Assembly (NCBI GenBank): GCA_001782165.1
Contig: MFNV01000002.1
Coordinates: forward strand, 15,747-79,746
Direction: 5' to 3'
From: Candidatus Levybacteria bacterium RIFCSPHIGHO2_01_FULL_41_15
GTDB taxonomy: Bacteria > Patescibacteriota > Microgenomatia > Levybacterales > UBA12049
DNA length: 64,000 nt
Under the pieces are notes generated by a model that was not told the DNA's origin, did not search any database, and saw only the letters and a list, made by a program, of their open reading frames with translations. The translations under genes were made by a program, and so were the position numbers. Shown here piece by piece: positions 9,837-22,693 of the stretch (the first letter of the stretch is position 1; each line of letters opens with the position of its first letter).

Positions 9837-10571
9837 ATGTTCAAACTTATGAGCGTAGAAAGGTCTTTTGGTCAACCACCGGTAGAAGTTTCCTCATTTA
9901 GGGCTATACAGCTGGTAGGAAGTTCTGTCGAACTTCAACCAATCCGGCTAGAGCCAATTCCTATATCAAGAGAAGGAATTCTATTTTCTAGAATTGATGA
10001 GGAAAAAGATGTCGAGGCTTCGAATCAAGCGCCAGAGGCAAATCAAGACGGTGAGCCAATCCCGGTTCCTGTAAATGGAGATTGGGAGCCGTTTAATTTA
10101 GATCCGCATCAATCACAGAATTTTGTAAATCTATATGGTGGTCCGTTTTCCCAGCAAATGGAGCTCAACAGAACAAATGCCGAGAGACTCTTGCAAGCTG
10201 CAGGAATTGAAGGAAAAGTTATAATTGCCGATTTGCCAATGGATAGATCAAGATCGATAGCTGGTGTTAATACGGATGGATCTGTTACGGGACGAAGAAG
10301 ATTATTCTGGGGAGAAAAAGTTCAGGAAGAAAATGGCTCACAATCTTTAGTAAGATCAATTCCTGAGGGTTGGAGAATCGAAATCCCCGGGCAAGAAATG
10401 ATGGAAGAACTCTCAAGAAAAAAAAGCAAAACACCAATGGGTGAGAGATTTATTGCAAAAATTAATCAGCAGTTGAGACAAGCCCTAAGTGAATTAATCA
10501 TAAAAGAAAAACTTACTCCCAAAAATCCGCATTTCGATACAAGAATTTTTTTTCCGCCATGCCCGTTATGA
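9837..10571 (+). CDS. hypothetical protein
   Basis: 244-aa ORF with no recognisable motif; preceded by ~800 bp lacking ORFs. Confidence 0.3.
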   Translation: MFKLMSVERSFGQPPVEVSSFRAIQLVGSSVELQPIRLEPIPISREGILFSRIDEEKDVEASNQAPEANQDGEPIPVPVNGDWEPFNLDPHQSQNFVNLYGGPFSQQMELNRTNAERLLQAAGIEGKVIIADLPMDRSRSIAGVNTDGSVTGRRRLFWGEKVQEENGSQSLVRSIPEGWRIEIPGQEMMEELSRKKSKTPMGERFIAKINQQLRQALSELIIKEKLTPKNPHFDTRIFFPPCPL

Positions 10572-10958
10572 GTATATCAGTTGTTCATATTGTTACCCTT
10601 GAATCTTTTAATTGGGTTGATATACCTCTATATTTTAATTTAAATCTTTTTAACAATCTAGTCGGAAGAATAATGGGTCATTGGGCGAAAGAAAAATTGT
10701 ATGAAAATTTTTTGCCTCCGCTTGAGGTTGATAGGGTTTGGAGGGGGTTTTTGTTCACGAATATAAAGGGGAGAAATCTGGTCCGTCTGGCGGCGAGATA
10801 AATCCGCCTACGTCAAGAGACTTCGGCGAGACGAGTCCGCCCTTACGAAGAAAATAGAGTTTAAGTTTAAAACCTAAAGAGCTTTAACTACAGGTATACT
10901 AGTATATCTTCGCTAAGTATACTTGAAGTTCTAGATTTAACAGCCCAGCTGTATAAGA

Positions 10959-11663
10959 TTATTGAGAGGGATGATTAAGTATTGCAGCCTCTTGAGGTTG
11001 CGGTTTTACAAAAATACCGAAAATATAACCAATTTCCCCGGGCTCATTGGGATCTAATCCTGGCTTTCTGTATACGAATGCAGCCCATTCAGCAGGGTCA
11101 TTCGATACTCCCGGATGAGGTTTGGTACCTTTTACAATAACAACGTGTTCAATAATTGCTCCTTGGGGAAGAGTTCCGATAATTCGAGTAAACTGACCGG
11201 TTGGAGTACTTGTTCCCGGATGATCCCGTACGTTTACAGGAGTTCCCTCTTGCTGCATTTTTAAAAGTTCTTCATAGGTTGCGCCTGCCGGAACTACCTT
11301 TACCCTCTCAAAAATTTTCTCTCCTTCTCCAAGAGGAATTGTGCCGTTTAATTTTCCTGCGGTTTCTTCATTGAACCTTCTTATTTCTTCGTTCTCATTA
11401 TAAAAACTTACAACTGTCTCTCCAGCTTTTTGAACACTTTCAGCACCCGCAGTTACAGCATCTTCAATCTTCTCTGCGGCTTTTTCCGGTAAATTCTGCT
11501 CAATTGCAACACCTGTTCCCACAAATCCCAAAAGAGCTGCGGCGCGAATAAGAGCACCTTTAAAAGAAATTTTATTCTGGGACTTTGGGGAGTGTTCTCT
11601 TTGAAACCTTGGAACATCAAGGTTCTTTCTATAAGGTTGTCCGCTAGTTCCTATCTCTGTCAT
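10959..11663 (-). CDS. hypothetical secreted/membrane-anchored protein
   Basis: 234 aa; hydrophobic segment ALIRAAALLGFVGTGVAI near the N-terminus. Confidence 0.35.
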   Translation of the reverse strand: MTEIGTSGQPYRKNLDVPRFQREHSPKSQNKISFKGALIRAAALLGFVGTGVAIEQNLPEKAAEKIEDAVTAGAESVQKAGETVVSFYNENEEIRRFNEETAGKLNGTIPLGEGEKIFERVKVVPAGATYEELLKMQQEGTPVNVRDHPGTSTPTGQFTRIIGTLPQGAIIEHVVIVKGTKPHPGVSNDPAEWAAFVYRKPGLDPNEPGEIGYIFGIFVKPQPQEAAILNHPSQ

Positions 11664-11838
11664 ATTTTGATATTATCAGTAAATAAGATTTGTTGTCAAC
11701 GCCGATAAACTCCGATTTAATCGGCGTCAATGTTTGACATAGTTAGTTGGTTAGTTAGTTCCTTGTTGTTCGCAATTTGACATTCATGTTTCCATGTCGC
11801 ACAATTTAGTTATTGGTTAGTTAGTTCTTAGTTTTTCG

Positions 11839-12210
11839 ATGGATAACAAATTTAGATTTGAAGACTTAAACGTATATCAAGAAGCGTTGAGATTTGTAGA
11901 CAGCATATACTCTTTGACTTCCAAATGGCCAAAAGATGAAATTTTTGGATTAACAAATCAATTTCGTAGGGCTTCAGTATCGATTGCGTTAAACATAGCT
12001 GAAGGGACTAGTCGTACCAAGAGGAACTTTAGGCATTTTCTGGATCTATCTAAGGGATCGTGTTTTGAGTGCGCTGCAATCTTATCAATTCCTAGAAGCA
12101 GGAAATATATCAATCAAGAGGATTTTGATTCACATTATGATTGGGTTAATAAACTTGCCCGCATGATAAGCAAATTAAAAACTTCATTACGAATAACCAA
12201 TAACGAATAA
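11839..12210 (+). CDS. four-helix-bundle protein (23S rRNA intervening-sequence protein family)
   Basis: 123 aa; LNVYQEALRFVDSIY ... SVSIALNIAEGTSR ... FRHFLDLSKGSCFECAAIL matches the TIGR02436-type four-helix-bundle family. Confidence 0.7.
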   Translation: MDNKFRFEDLNVYQEALRFVDSIYSLTSKWPKDEIFGLTNQFRRASVSIALNIAEGTSRTKRNFRHFLDLSKGSCFECAAILSIPRSRKYINQEDFDSHYDWVNKLARMISKLKTSLRITNNE

Positions 12211-12220
12211 CAGACTAACC

Positions 12221-13150
12221 ATGAAATTGTTGCCCGATTTGATCGACGAATTCCTAGAATATCTTGAGATTGAAAGAAACTGCAGCAAACTTACTATAAG
12301 AGATTACAGGCATTATCTTGAGGTTTTCAATGACTGGTTTTCTAAAAACTCTTCAGGCCAGTCGATAAAAAATTTAGATCTTCAGACAGTTCGAAAATAC
12401 AGGGTTTATCTTTCAAATAAAATTGATAAGAAAGGATCAACTCTTAAAAGAATAACACAAAATTATTATGTGATAGCCCTTCGCTCTTTTCTAAGATACC
12501 TTATAAAAAACGACATAAAAACTTTAGAACCATCAAAAATAGATCTGCCAAAAGCAGAAAGCAGAAGCTTAAAGTTTTTAGACAGAGACCAAATAGACAG
12601 GCTTGTGATATCCATAGATACTTCAGAACCTGAGGGCAAGAGAAACAGAGCGATTTTGGAACTTCTCTTCTCCACCGGTCTTCGTGTTTCAGAATTGGTT
12701 TCTCTTAATCGGGACAAAATAAATTTAGACCGTCGAGAATTTGGAGTTATTGGCAAAGGAGGAAGGGCTCGGGTTGTTTTTATTTCCGATAGGGCGGCTC
12801 AATGGCTTTCGGAATATTTTAAAACTCGCGAGGATATCTACGATCCCCTTTTCATTCGTTATTCCGGAAAAGAAATTCCCGAAAACCGGGGAGAAAAAAT
12901 GAGACTTACCGCCCGATCAATTGAAAGAATTGTTAAAAAATATGTGAGAGTGGCGCGTTTGCCGGTGGATGCAACAGTTCATACTCTTCGCCATTCTTTT
13001 GCAACGGATCTTCTCACAAACGGCGCTGACCTTCGCTCGGTTCAGGAAATGTTGGGCCACAAAAATATCTCAACAACCCAAATCTACACCCATGTAACAA
13101 ATAAGCAACTCAGGGATGTGCATGAGGCATTTCATAGTGGTAATAAGTGA
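12221..13150 (+). CDS. tyrosine site-specific recombinase, XerD/XerC-like
   Basis: N-terminal core-binding domain and C-terminal catalytic motifs (RHSFATDLL, LGHKNISTTQIYTHV). Confidence 0.85.
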   Translation: MKLLPDLIDEFLEYLEIERNCSKLTIRDYRHYLEVFNDWFSKNSSGQSIKNLDLQTVRKYRVYLSNKIDKKGSTLKRITQNYYVIALRSFLRYLIKNDIKTLEPSKIDLPKAESRSLKFLDRDQIDRLVISIDTSEPEGKRNRAILELLFSTGLRVSELVSLNRDKINLDRREFGVIGKGGRARVVFISDRAAQWLSEYFKTREDIYDPLFIRYSGKEIPENRGEKMRLTARSIERIVKKYVRVARLPVDATVHTLRHSFATDLLTNGADLRSVQEMLGHKNISTTQIYTHVTNKQLRDVHEAFHSGNK

Positions 13151-13233
13151 GAATTTATCCTGTTCCCTGCCCGCCTTTGGAGGGAGTTCATCGAAGGATC
13201 CACGAGGTTTTCCATTTTAGGAATAAATAAAGG

Positions 13234-13893
13234 TTACCAGCACTTGGAAGTTTCCGAGGACCAGACGGCATAAGCCCAGGGATCTCCGGAGCCGGTAACT
13301 TGGCTTGCACAATTTTCGGGAGTGACGATCTCACCCCAGACAGAATCGCCATCGCGTGTGGGATCAATAAAGTTTTTGTCAGCATCATCATAATTTTCTG
13401 GGGTACAGTGGAGGATTATTTTATACTCAACCCCGTCTGATTTGTAGAGAAAACCAGCATGATCTGAATTGCAGTTGTTATTTTTGCTGCCCGGTGTATG
13501 TAGTCGCGGATCCTGCGGTAGCCTTTTTATATGATTCGGTGCCAAGTTAGGGATATAACCATTTGGTCCTTCGTAACCCATATTGCCGTAATCAACAGCA
13601 TCACCAAAAACTTCGTTGTTAACGCCGGTCAAAGGATAATTGCCGTTTACTGCCATGTAGGCTTCAAGGGCCCTTTTTACTTGGGAGAGCTGAGTTTTTC
13701 TTTGGGCATCCCTTGTTTGTGCCATCCGTTTTCCCGGATTAACAACAACCAATACCATAGCTGCTAAGACTCCTAAAACAGCGATGACGATTAAAAGTTC
13801 AATTAGGGTAAATCCCTGTCGGCCCGGGGTTTTTACTTGAGATTTATTGCGCTTTTTCTGACAATTAATAACTTGCAGCTGGGCAGGTTTCAT
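13234..13893 (-). CDS. type IV pilin/pseudopilin (prepilin-type N-terminal cleavage/methylation domain)
   Basis: G-FTLIELLIVIAVLGVLAAMVLVV prepilin signal after a ~26-aa basic leader. Confidence 0.65.
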   Translation of the reverse strand: MKPAQLQVINCQKKRNKSQVKTPGRQGFTLIELLIVIAVLGVLAAMVLVVVNPGKRMAQTRDAQRKTQLSQVKRALEAYMAVNGNYPLTGVNNEVFGDAVDYGNMGYEGPNGYIPNLAPNHIKRLPQDPRLHTPGSKNNNCNSDHAGFLYKSDGVEYKIILHCTPENYDDADKNFIDPTRDGDSVWGEIVTPENCASQVTGSGDPWAYAVWSSETSKCW

Positions 13894-13949
13894 TTAGTTT
13901 AGTATAGTATAAAATGAAAATTTACAAAATTTACTTAAACGCCTTAGAT

Positions 13950-15029
13950 TTACACTCCTTTTCTTGCTGTCTCATAAAATTCAACTAGGCTTGTAACAAG
14001 CTCAGGGTTCCCTGACAGAAGGGCAATTTCCTCTGTTCCTGCCCGAACTCCACTTTGCATAAGATTATGAGAGCCAAACATTACGATTTGCCCATCCACA
14101 ATCAAAAGCTTTGCATGGAGTCTGCCATCAAATTTTTTAAAAGGAATTCGTTGTCTTTTAACGCCCATAAAAAATCTATTCCATAGATTAATTAACTTGT
14201 ATACACCCTCTACAACTGTCGGCATTAATACTTCAACGTCCACTCCCCTATTCTGGGCTTTTTTAAGAGTCCTAAGAAATTTTCCATCCGGAGTAAAAAA
14301 AGAAATATTTCTTACACTTTGCCGGGCACTATCAACTAGATTTGCGGCAGTATCAAGTACCAAGGATTCACCAGGTTTTCCTCTGTCTATAATAAGACTA
14401 CTGCCGTCTGAGAAATCAACCTTATAATCTTTTTTGGGTTTATTTTCATTTACTCTGGCAAACTGAGCTATAAGAGCCTCGACAATTTCTTGATCAGTAA
14501 CCTTCACCACGAAATCTATTCCCTTAAATGATGCATCGCTTATATTTACTCCTCCAATCCATGCAATATTATCAACAATGTACATTTTTATATGGTTTCG
14601 GCCGAAGAACGGAAGAACTCTCTGAAGAGAAGCAGGAGAGTTTAGAAAATTTACTTTTACCCCCACTTCGGAAAGCCTTCTATAAGTTTGGTCATTACGA
14701 TTTGCACAGAATCTATGGTATCCGTTTCCCAAAAGCGGAAAGTCTTTTTTGATATTTATTCCCGGTTCAGATGAAAGCCTTGAAAACCAGTCAATGTTGA
14801 GTCTTGTATCAAGACCTTTCTTAACAGCTTCTTCAAAAATATGAAAAAATGCACTACCCGGATGGCCTGTCTGCATATCCATTGCCTGTCCCCACACTCT
14901 TTCTTTTGCTCTTTGTGTTTCGAGTCTAAAGTCGGCAAGAAACTCAAATGGTGTAAGAACCGCAAAATTCGGGGCAGGTTCTCTCCTCGCCTCTAAATTA
15001 AATGGATAATTTACTTCAACGCTGTTCAT
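13950..15029 (-). CDS. phospholipase D superfamily protein with two HKD motifs (soluble)
   Basis: HIKMYIVDNIAWIGGVNISD and HAKLLIVDGQIVMFGSHNL (HxK(x4)D(x6)GSxN); no TM segments. Confidence 0.7.
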   Translation of the reverse strand: MNSVEVNYPFNLEARREPAPNFAVLTPFEFLADFRLETQRAKERVWGQAMDMQTGHPGSAFFHIFEEAVKKGLDTRLNIDWFSRLSSEPGINIKKDFPLLGNGYHRFCANRNDQTYRRLSEVGVKVNFLNSPASLQRVLPFFGRNHIKMYIVDNIAWIGGVNISDASFKGIDFVVKVTDQEIVEALIAQFARVNENKPKKDYKVDFSDGSSLIIDRGKPGESLVLDTAANLVDSARQSVRNISFFTPDGKFLRTLKKAQNRGVDVEVLMPTVVEGVYKLINLWNRFFMGVKRQRIPFKKFDGRLHAKLLIVDGQIVMFGSHNLMQSGVRAGTEEIALLSGNPELVTSLVEFYETARKGV

Positions 15030-15105
15030 TTTACTGAATACGAATTATATACTACAGGATAATTAAAATCAATTGTGGGGTTTAAGATGTATTATCTTCC
15101 AATAA

Positions 15106-15942
15106 TTAATTTTCGGTGGCGTTTAGGAGATTTGATAAAAGTTCTGCTACATTTACGGGACCCACGCCACCCGGGGTCGGAGTATAAAAAGAAGCAGTAT
15201 CTTTTATATCTTCTTCTTCATAGTCGCTGTGGAACTTACCATCTTTTCCCATGAACATTCCTACTCCAACAAGTATTGCCCCCTTTTTGATATCTGATTT
15301 TGTTAGAATATTTGGTTTTCCGACTGCGCAAATTATAATATCTGAATTTTTCAAAATTTCAGCTCTGTTTTGTGTTTGACTCGCGACAGTTAGGGGTTTA
15401 ACTCCTATTCTTACCAAAGTTTTTATAATAGGCTTTCCAGCTGTTATCCCCCCACCGACCACTGTGATTTTTTTTGATTTCAGCCAGCCTTCAAAGTTTA
15501 AATTTTCTTCAAAAGAGTTGTAAATCTTCTCAAGTATTTTTAGAACCGAAATTCCGACCGGCGGGGAAAAATCAGAATATTGATGAAAGCCATCAACATC
15601 TTTTCTGGGATTTATAGCTTCGGCAGTTTTCTTTTCATCAATTTGAAAAGGTAGTGGTCTTTGGACGATGACCCCATGAATAGATGAGTCATTATTTAGT
15701 TTATGAATTTTTTTCAAAAGATCTTGGGTTGTGATTTGCGGATCCAAATTCTCAACTGTTATTTTTGCGCCGATTCTCTTTCCCTTTAATTTTTTCTGAG
15801 AAACATAAACCTTTGACGCAAAATTACTCGTCAGTGTAATTATGTGAAGATGAGGAGTAATTCCCTTTCCTTTAAGTTTATCTACTCTTTGTTTGAGATC
15901 ATTGAAAATCTTCTGTGCTATCTCTTGACCGTCAACTCGCAT
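15106..15942 (-). CDS. folD: bifunctional methylenetetrahydrofolate dehydrogenase/cyclohydrolase
   Basis: FolD architecture; PGGVGPVNVAELL motif; GGAGGTG Shine-Dalgarno 8 nt upstream of ATG. Confidence 0.85.
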   Translation of the reverse strand: MRVDGQEIAQKIFNDLKQRVDKLKGKGITPHLHIITLTSNFASKVYVSQKKLKGKRIGAKITVENLDPQITTQDLLKKIHKLNNDSSIHGVIVQRPLPFQIDEKKTAEAINPRKDVDGFHQYSDFSPPVGISVLKILEKIYNSFEENLNFEGWLKSKKITVVGGGITAGKPIIKTLVRIGVKPLTVASQTQNRAEILKNSDIIICAVGKPNILTKSDIKKGAILVGVGMFMGKDGKFHSDYEEEDIKDTASFYTPTPGGVGPVNVAELLSNLLNATEN

Positions 15943-16042
15943 CTTAAAAGCACCTCCGCCCTTGTCTTGCTTACCAAGTCTGACTTGGTTTCGCTCGCAA
16001 GCGGGCTCCTTCGCATTTGCTCGTCCGCCCCATCAGCTTTCA

Positions 16043-18532
16043 TTATCCCCTCCCAATAAAAGTGGCGGATGCGACGTGGTCGTTTGGATTTGAATACCTC
16101 ATCAAGATAACTCCCTGGGTGTCCCGGGAAAGTCTGGGAATTGATTTAATCTCAAGCTTTACGACCTGACCCCTTTTGGATGTAATAATAATTTCCTCAC
16201 AGTTTGTCGGAATGACTTGAGCAAAACCTACTTTTCCGGTTTTTGAAGTTACCTTTGCAACTTTTACTCCCTTTCCTCCCCTTACCTGGCCCCTGAATAA
16301 TTTACACGCTGTTTTTTTGCCGAGACCGTTTTCCATAATTGTCAGAAGATCATCGTCCCCCGCTTTATTTATAACATCCATACCAATTACAATATCTTCC
16401 CCCTCAAGTCTTATTCCCCGAACTCCCCTAGTTGCTCTTCCTGTAGGCCTTACTCCCTTTTCGGAAAATCTAATCGCTTTACCGTTTTTAGTTGCCAAAA
16501 TAATATCATTCTCACCGCTTGACAACTCACTCCATGTGAGCTCGTCTCCTCTATCAAGCTTTATAGCAACTATTCCGTTTCGCCTTATATTTTCAAAATC
16601 TTTTATTTTTGATTTTTTAACCGTGCCTTTCCGTGTTGTTAAAAATACATATTCTCCTCTTTCATCTTTTCCCGAGCTTATAAAAGATTCGACTTTCTCT
16701 CCCTGCTCAATATTTAATAAATTGACTATTGCCGTGCCCTTGCTTGTTCTTTGAGATTCTGAGATATCATAGGCTTTTATTTGATAAACCTTACCTTTGT
16801 TTGTAAAGAAAAAAAGATTGTCGTGAGTTTCTGCATAACGGATATGCGATATGGTATCCTCTTCTTTTGTAGTCATACCTTTTATTCCTTTTCCTCCCCG
16901 ATGCTGAGTTTTAAAGGAAGTTAAGCTCTGTCTTTTTATGTAACCTGTTTCTGTAAGTGTGATCACTGTCGGTTCGTTTGGGATAAGATCCTCGTCCGAA
17001 AATTCTCCGACTTTGCTTTTGAAAACTTTGGTTCGTCTTGGGTCTTGGTATTTTTCTTTAAGTTTGAGGAGCTCGTCCTTAACTACTTTAAGAATTTTGG
17101 GCGGATTTGCAAGAAGGTCTTCAAGATAGGCAATTGTTTCTTTGACCATGATATACTCGTCTTCAATTTTCTGCCTTTCAAGTGCTGCAAGACGTCGAAG
17201 CTGCATGTCCAAAATTGCCGTTGCTTGAATTTCCGAAAGTTTGAATTTTCTAATAAGATTCTGCTTGGCTTCTTCCTGATCTTTGGATTTTTTGATGGTT
17301 TCAATTACCGCATCAATATTGTCAACTGCAATCTTAAGCCCCTCGAGGATATGAAGTCTTGCTTTTGCTTCCCGTAATTCAAATTCAGATCTTCTCGTAA
17401 CGACAAGAAATCGGTGCTTTAGGTATTCCTCAAGTATTGTCTTAAGATTTAGGGTTTGGGGAGTTCCGTTGACTAGAGCAACAATATTTGCCGGGAAGGT
17501 TGTTTGAAGACTAGTATGTTTGAATAAGTTATTAAGTACTTTTCTTGGTGCTGCATCGCGCTTTAACTCCACAACCACTCTCATTCCGTGTCTGTCGGAT
17601 TCATCCCGAAGATCTGAGATTCCATCTATTTTCCTTTCTTTGGCAAGCTCTGCGACTCGGGCGACTAAAAGCGCCTTATTTACCTGATAAGGAAGTTCGG
17701 TTATTATAATTGCCGATTTTCCCTGACCTATGTCTTCAATTTCTGCTCTTCCCCTTATCAAAATTCTTCCCCGACCCACTGTATAAACGTTTTTTATTTC
17801 GGTAATGTCGTAAATCGCACCAGCCGTCGGAAAATCAGGGCCTTTTATGAACTCCAGAAGCTCATCTATGGTTACATTACTTGAGAAATAGGTTTCTGAT
17901 ATCTTTGATACTTTTTCATCTTTTGATACTTTTGTCCTGTCAATAGTAAATACGATTGCATCTATGACCTCGGAGATGTTATGAGGCGGAATCTTGGTCG
18001 CCATTCCCACAGCAATTCCCTCAGATCCCATGAGAAGAAGGTTTGGTAATTTTGCTGGAAGAAATACAGGTTCTTTAAGTGTTGCATCAAAATTTTCAAG
18101 GTAATCGACCGTTTCTTTATCCAAATCAAAAAGCATTTCGGAGGTTATCCCTGCCATTCTTGCTTCCGTATACCTCATTGCAGCGGGCGGATCTCCATCC
18201 ATTGAGCCGAAGTTTCCCTGTCCGTCAATTAAAGGATAACGAAGAGAAAAATCCTGGGCAAGACGAACCAGCGCATCATAAATAGGCATATCTCCATGCG
18301 GATGATATTTTCCCATTACTTCTCCGACAATCTTAGCGCTTTTTGAGTATTTTGCAGAATGAGAAAGTCCCATTTCGTGCATTGCAAAAAGAATTCTTCT
18401 GTGTACCGGTTTTAGACCATCTCTTACATCAGGAAGTGCGCGCTGGACAATAACAGACATCGCGTAGTCAAGATACGCTTTCTTCATTTCCCTCGTTATT
18501 TCTGTTTTGTTTACTTTGCCAATATCAGCCAT
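16043..18532 (-). CDS. gyrA: DNA gyrase subunit A
   Basis: 829 aa; N-terminal ...[28 protein letters not shown]... Confidence 0.95.
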   Translation of the reverse strand: MADIGKVNKTEITREMKKAYLDYAMSVIVQRALPDVRDGLKPVHRRILFAMHEMGLSHSAKYSKSAKIVGEVMGKYHPHGDMPIYDALVRLAQDFSLRYPLIDGQGNFGSMDGDPPAAMRYTEARMAGITSEMLFDLDKETVDYLENFDATLKEPVFLPAKLPNLLLMGSEGIAVGMATKIPPHNISEVIDAIVFTIDRTKVSKDEKVSKISETYFSSNVTIDELLEFIKGPDFPTAGAIYDITEIKNVYTVGRGRILIRGRAEIEDIGQGKSAIIITELPYQVNKALLVARVAELAKERKIDGISDLRDESDRHGMRVVVELKRDAAPRKVLNNLFKHTSLQTTFPANIVALVNGTPQTLNLKTILEEYLKHRFLVVTRRSEFELREAKARLHILEGLKIAVDNIDAVIETIKKSKDQEEAKQNLIRKFKLSEIQATAILDMQLRRLAALERQKIEDEYIMVKETIAYLEDLLANPPKILKVVKDELLKLKEKYQDPRRTKVFKSKVGEFSDEDLIPNEPTVITLTETGYIKRQSLTSFKTQHRGGKGIKGMTTKEEDTISHIRYAETHDNLFFFTNKGKVYQIKAYDISESQRTSKGTAIVNLLNIEQGEKVESFISSGKDERGEYVFLTTRKGTVKKSKIKDFENIRRNGIVAIKLDRGDELTWSELSSGENDIILATKNGKAIRFSEKGVRPTGRATRGVRGIRLEGEDIVIGMDVINKAGDDDLLTIMENGLGKKTACKLFRGQVRGGKGVKVAKVTSKTGKVGFAQVIPTNCEEIIITSKRGQVVKLEIKSIPRLSRDTQGVILMRYSNPNDHVASATFIGRG

Positions 18533-18616
18533 AAGAATTTAAAATTTAAAATTCAGAATGCAGAATGATTTATAATTTAGAATTTCAATTCTGAACTCTG
18601 AATTCTAGATTCTGAA

Positions 18617-19186
18617 TTACTTCTTAGAGTAGTTGGTGATGGATTTTTGAATATCTTCTAAGGCAACAGATTTATCCATCCAATTTCTGATTTTGACCCA
18701 CTTTCCCGGTTCGGTTTTTTTGTAGTTTTCGAAAAAATACTTAAGATCATCTTTTGTCTTTTGCGGAATATCCGATACGTCATTATAGTCTTTAAACTTT
18801 GGATCAATCTTGGGTAATGGCACTGCAATTATTTTATTGTCCACTCCTGCCTCATCTTCCATTTCAAGCATCCCTATTGGTCTTGATGGAATTACAACGC
18901 CCGACACCACAGGTTTACTACTTAAAACCAACACGTCCACCGGATCACCATCATCTGCTAAAGTGTTGGGAATAAATCCGTAATTAAAGGGATAATTCAT
19001 CTCTGTATAAAGAAATCTGTCAACGAAAATTACACCCGAGTCTTTGTCAAGCTCGTACTTAACCGAAACACCCTGCGGTATTTCTATAAAAACATTTACA
19101 TCCTCCGGCGGATTCTTCCCCACCTTTATCTTCGATAGATCCATAAAAATATTATATTCGAATATTCCCCAGCTCACAAGTCTCAT
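18617..19186 (-). CDS. ppa: inorganic pyrophosphatase
   Basis: Family I PPase motifs ([21 protein letters not shown]). Confidence 0.9.
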   Translation of the reverse strand: MRLVSWGIFEYNIFMDLSKIKVGKNPPEDVNVFIEIPQGVSVKYELDKDSGVIFVDRFLYTEMNYPFNYGFIPNTLADDGDPVDVLVLSSKPVVSGVVIPSRPIGMLEMEDEAGVDNKIIAVPLPKIDPKFKDYNDVSDIPQKTKDDLKYFFENYKKTEPGKWVKIRNWMDKSVALEDIQKSITNYSKK

Positions 19187-19196
19187 TTTCTCCTAT

Positions 19197-19962
19197 CCAC
19201 CTGGGAGGTGGATTGCTATTGACACCTAGGGATTTTTAATTAAAAATAAGAGGTATATGCCAGGACGTTTGCTCCCACTAGTTGAAGGTCAAATTTATCA
19301 TGTCTTTAATCGGGGAATAGATCATCGTCCTACATTTACCGATAAGTTAGAGTTGAAAAGAGCCAAAGCTGTTATTGATCATTACAGATTTGTTACTCCC
19401 CTAGTCAGATTTTCCAAATTTCTTAAACTTCCCATTGAGGAAAGAAATAGACTTCAAACCAAAATAAAAGCCGGACCTAAATTAATAGATATTCTAAGTT
19501 TTTGTCTGATGCCAAATCATTTTCACCTACTTTTAAGACAAGTTTATGATAAGGGGATATCAAAATTTCTATCTAATTTTCAAAATAGTTATACAAGGTA
19601 CTTCAATATTAAAAATGAAAGAGACGGGCCGCTTTTCTTAGACCAGTTTAAGGCGGTTTTAGTTGAAACGGATGAGCAATTAATACATGTTTCAAGGTAT
19701 ATCCATCTTAATCCCATGACTTCATATCTGGTAAAAAATTTTGACTCGTTGGTTAATTACTCATGGTCGTCGTTGCCTGAATATGTTGCGCAAAAAGAAT
19801 CGTTTTGCGAGACCAGCACGATCCTGGGATTCTTCAAAGACTCAGGAGAGTATGAGGCTTTTCTAAAAGATCAGGCAGGATACCAAAGAGAGCTTAATGC
19901 GATCAAACATCTTCTTATAGATTAATTCACCTGGGAGGTGGATTCATAGCGGCACCTAGGGG
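19197..19962 (+). mobile_element. RAYT-like unit: IS200/IS605-family HuH tyrosine transposase gene bracketed by two direct REP-like palindromic repeats
   Basis: Flanking repeats at 19197-19231 and 19927-19962 each contain the hairpin CCACCT-GGG-AGGTGG plus cacctaGGG; a third inverted copy lies at 4733-4770. Confidence 0.65.
19257..19925 (+). CDS. REP-associated tyrosine transposase (IS200/IS605 TnpA-like, Y1 HuH)
   Basis: IYHVFNRG N-terminal motif, HuH motif MPNHFHLLL, downstream Tyr-containing helix (NSYTRYFN). Confidence 0.7.
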   Translation: MPGRLLPLVEGQIYHVFNRGIDHRPTFTDKLELKRAKAVIDHYRFVTPLVRFSKFLKLPIEERNRLQTKIKAGPKLIDILSFCLMPNHFHLLLRQVYDKGISKFLSNFQNSYTRYFNIKNERDGPLFLDQFKAVLVETDEQLIHVSRYIHLNPMTSYLVKNFDSLVNYSWSSLPEYVAQKESFCETSTILGFFKDSGEYEAFLKDQAGYQRELNAIKHLLID

Positions 19963-20015
19963 TTTATCTCTTCCGGCGGATTGTCCCCGACGGGAATTTT
20001 TTTAACATCCATACT

Positions 20016-22600
<2,585 letters not shown>

Positions 22601-22693
22601 CTAAATTTCTAGGGAAAACTGCCCCGATCTCTGTGTTTCTCCAACTTCCAAACCCCGTTCAACTTCCAACCCCTGGGGTTGAGCGTAGAATAG

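Noticed and set aside
13188-13767. Short ORFs 13188-13391 and 13531-13767
   Set aside because: They overlap the pilin gene 13234-13893 on the same or opposite strand and have no motifs. The pilin ORF has a clear prepilin signal.
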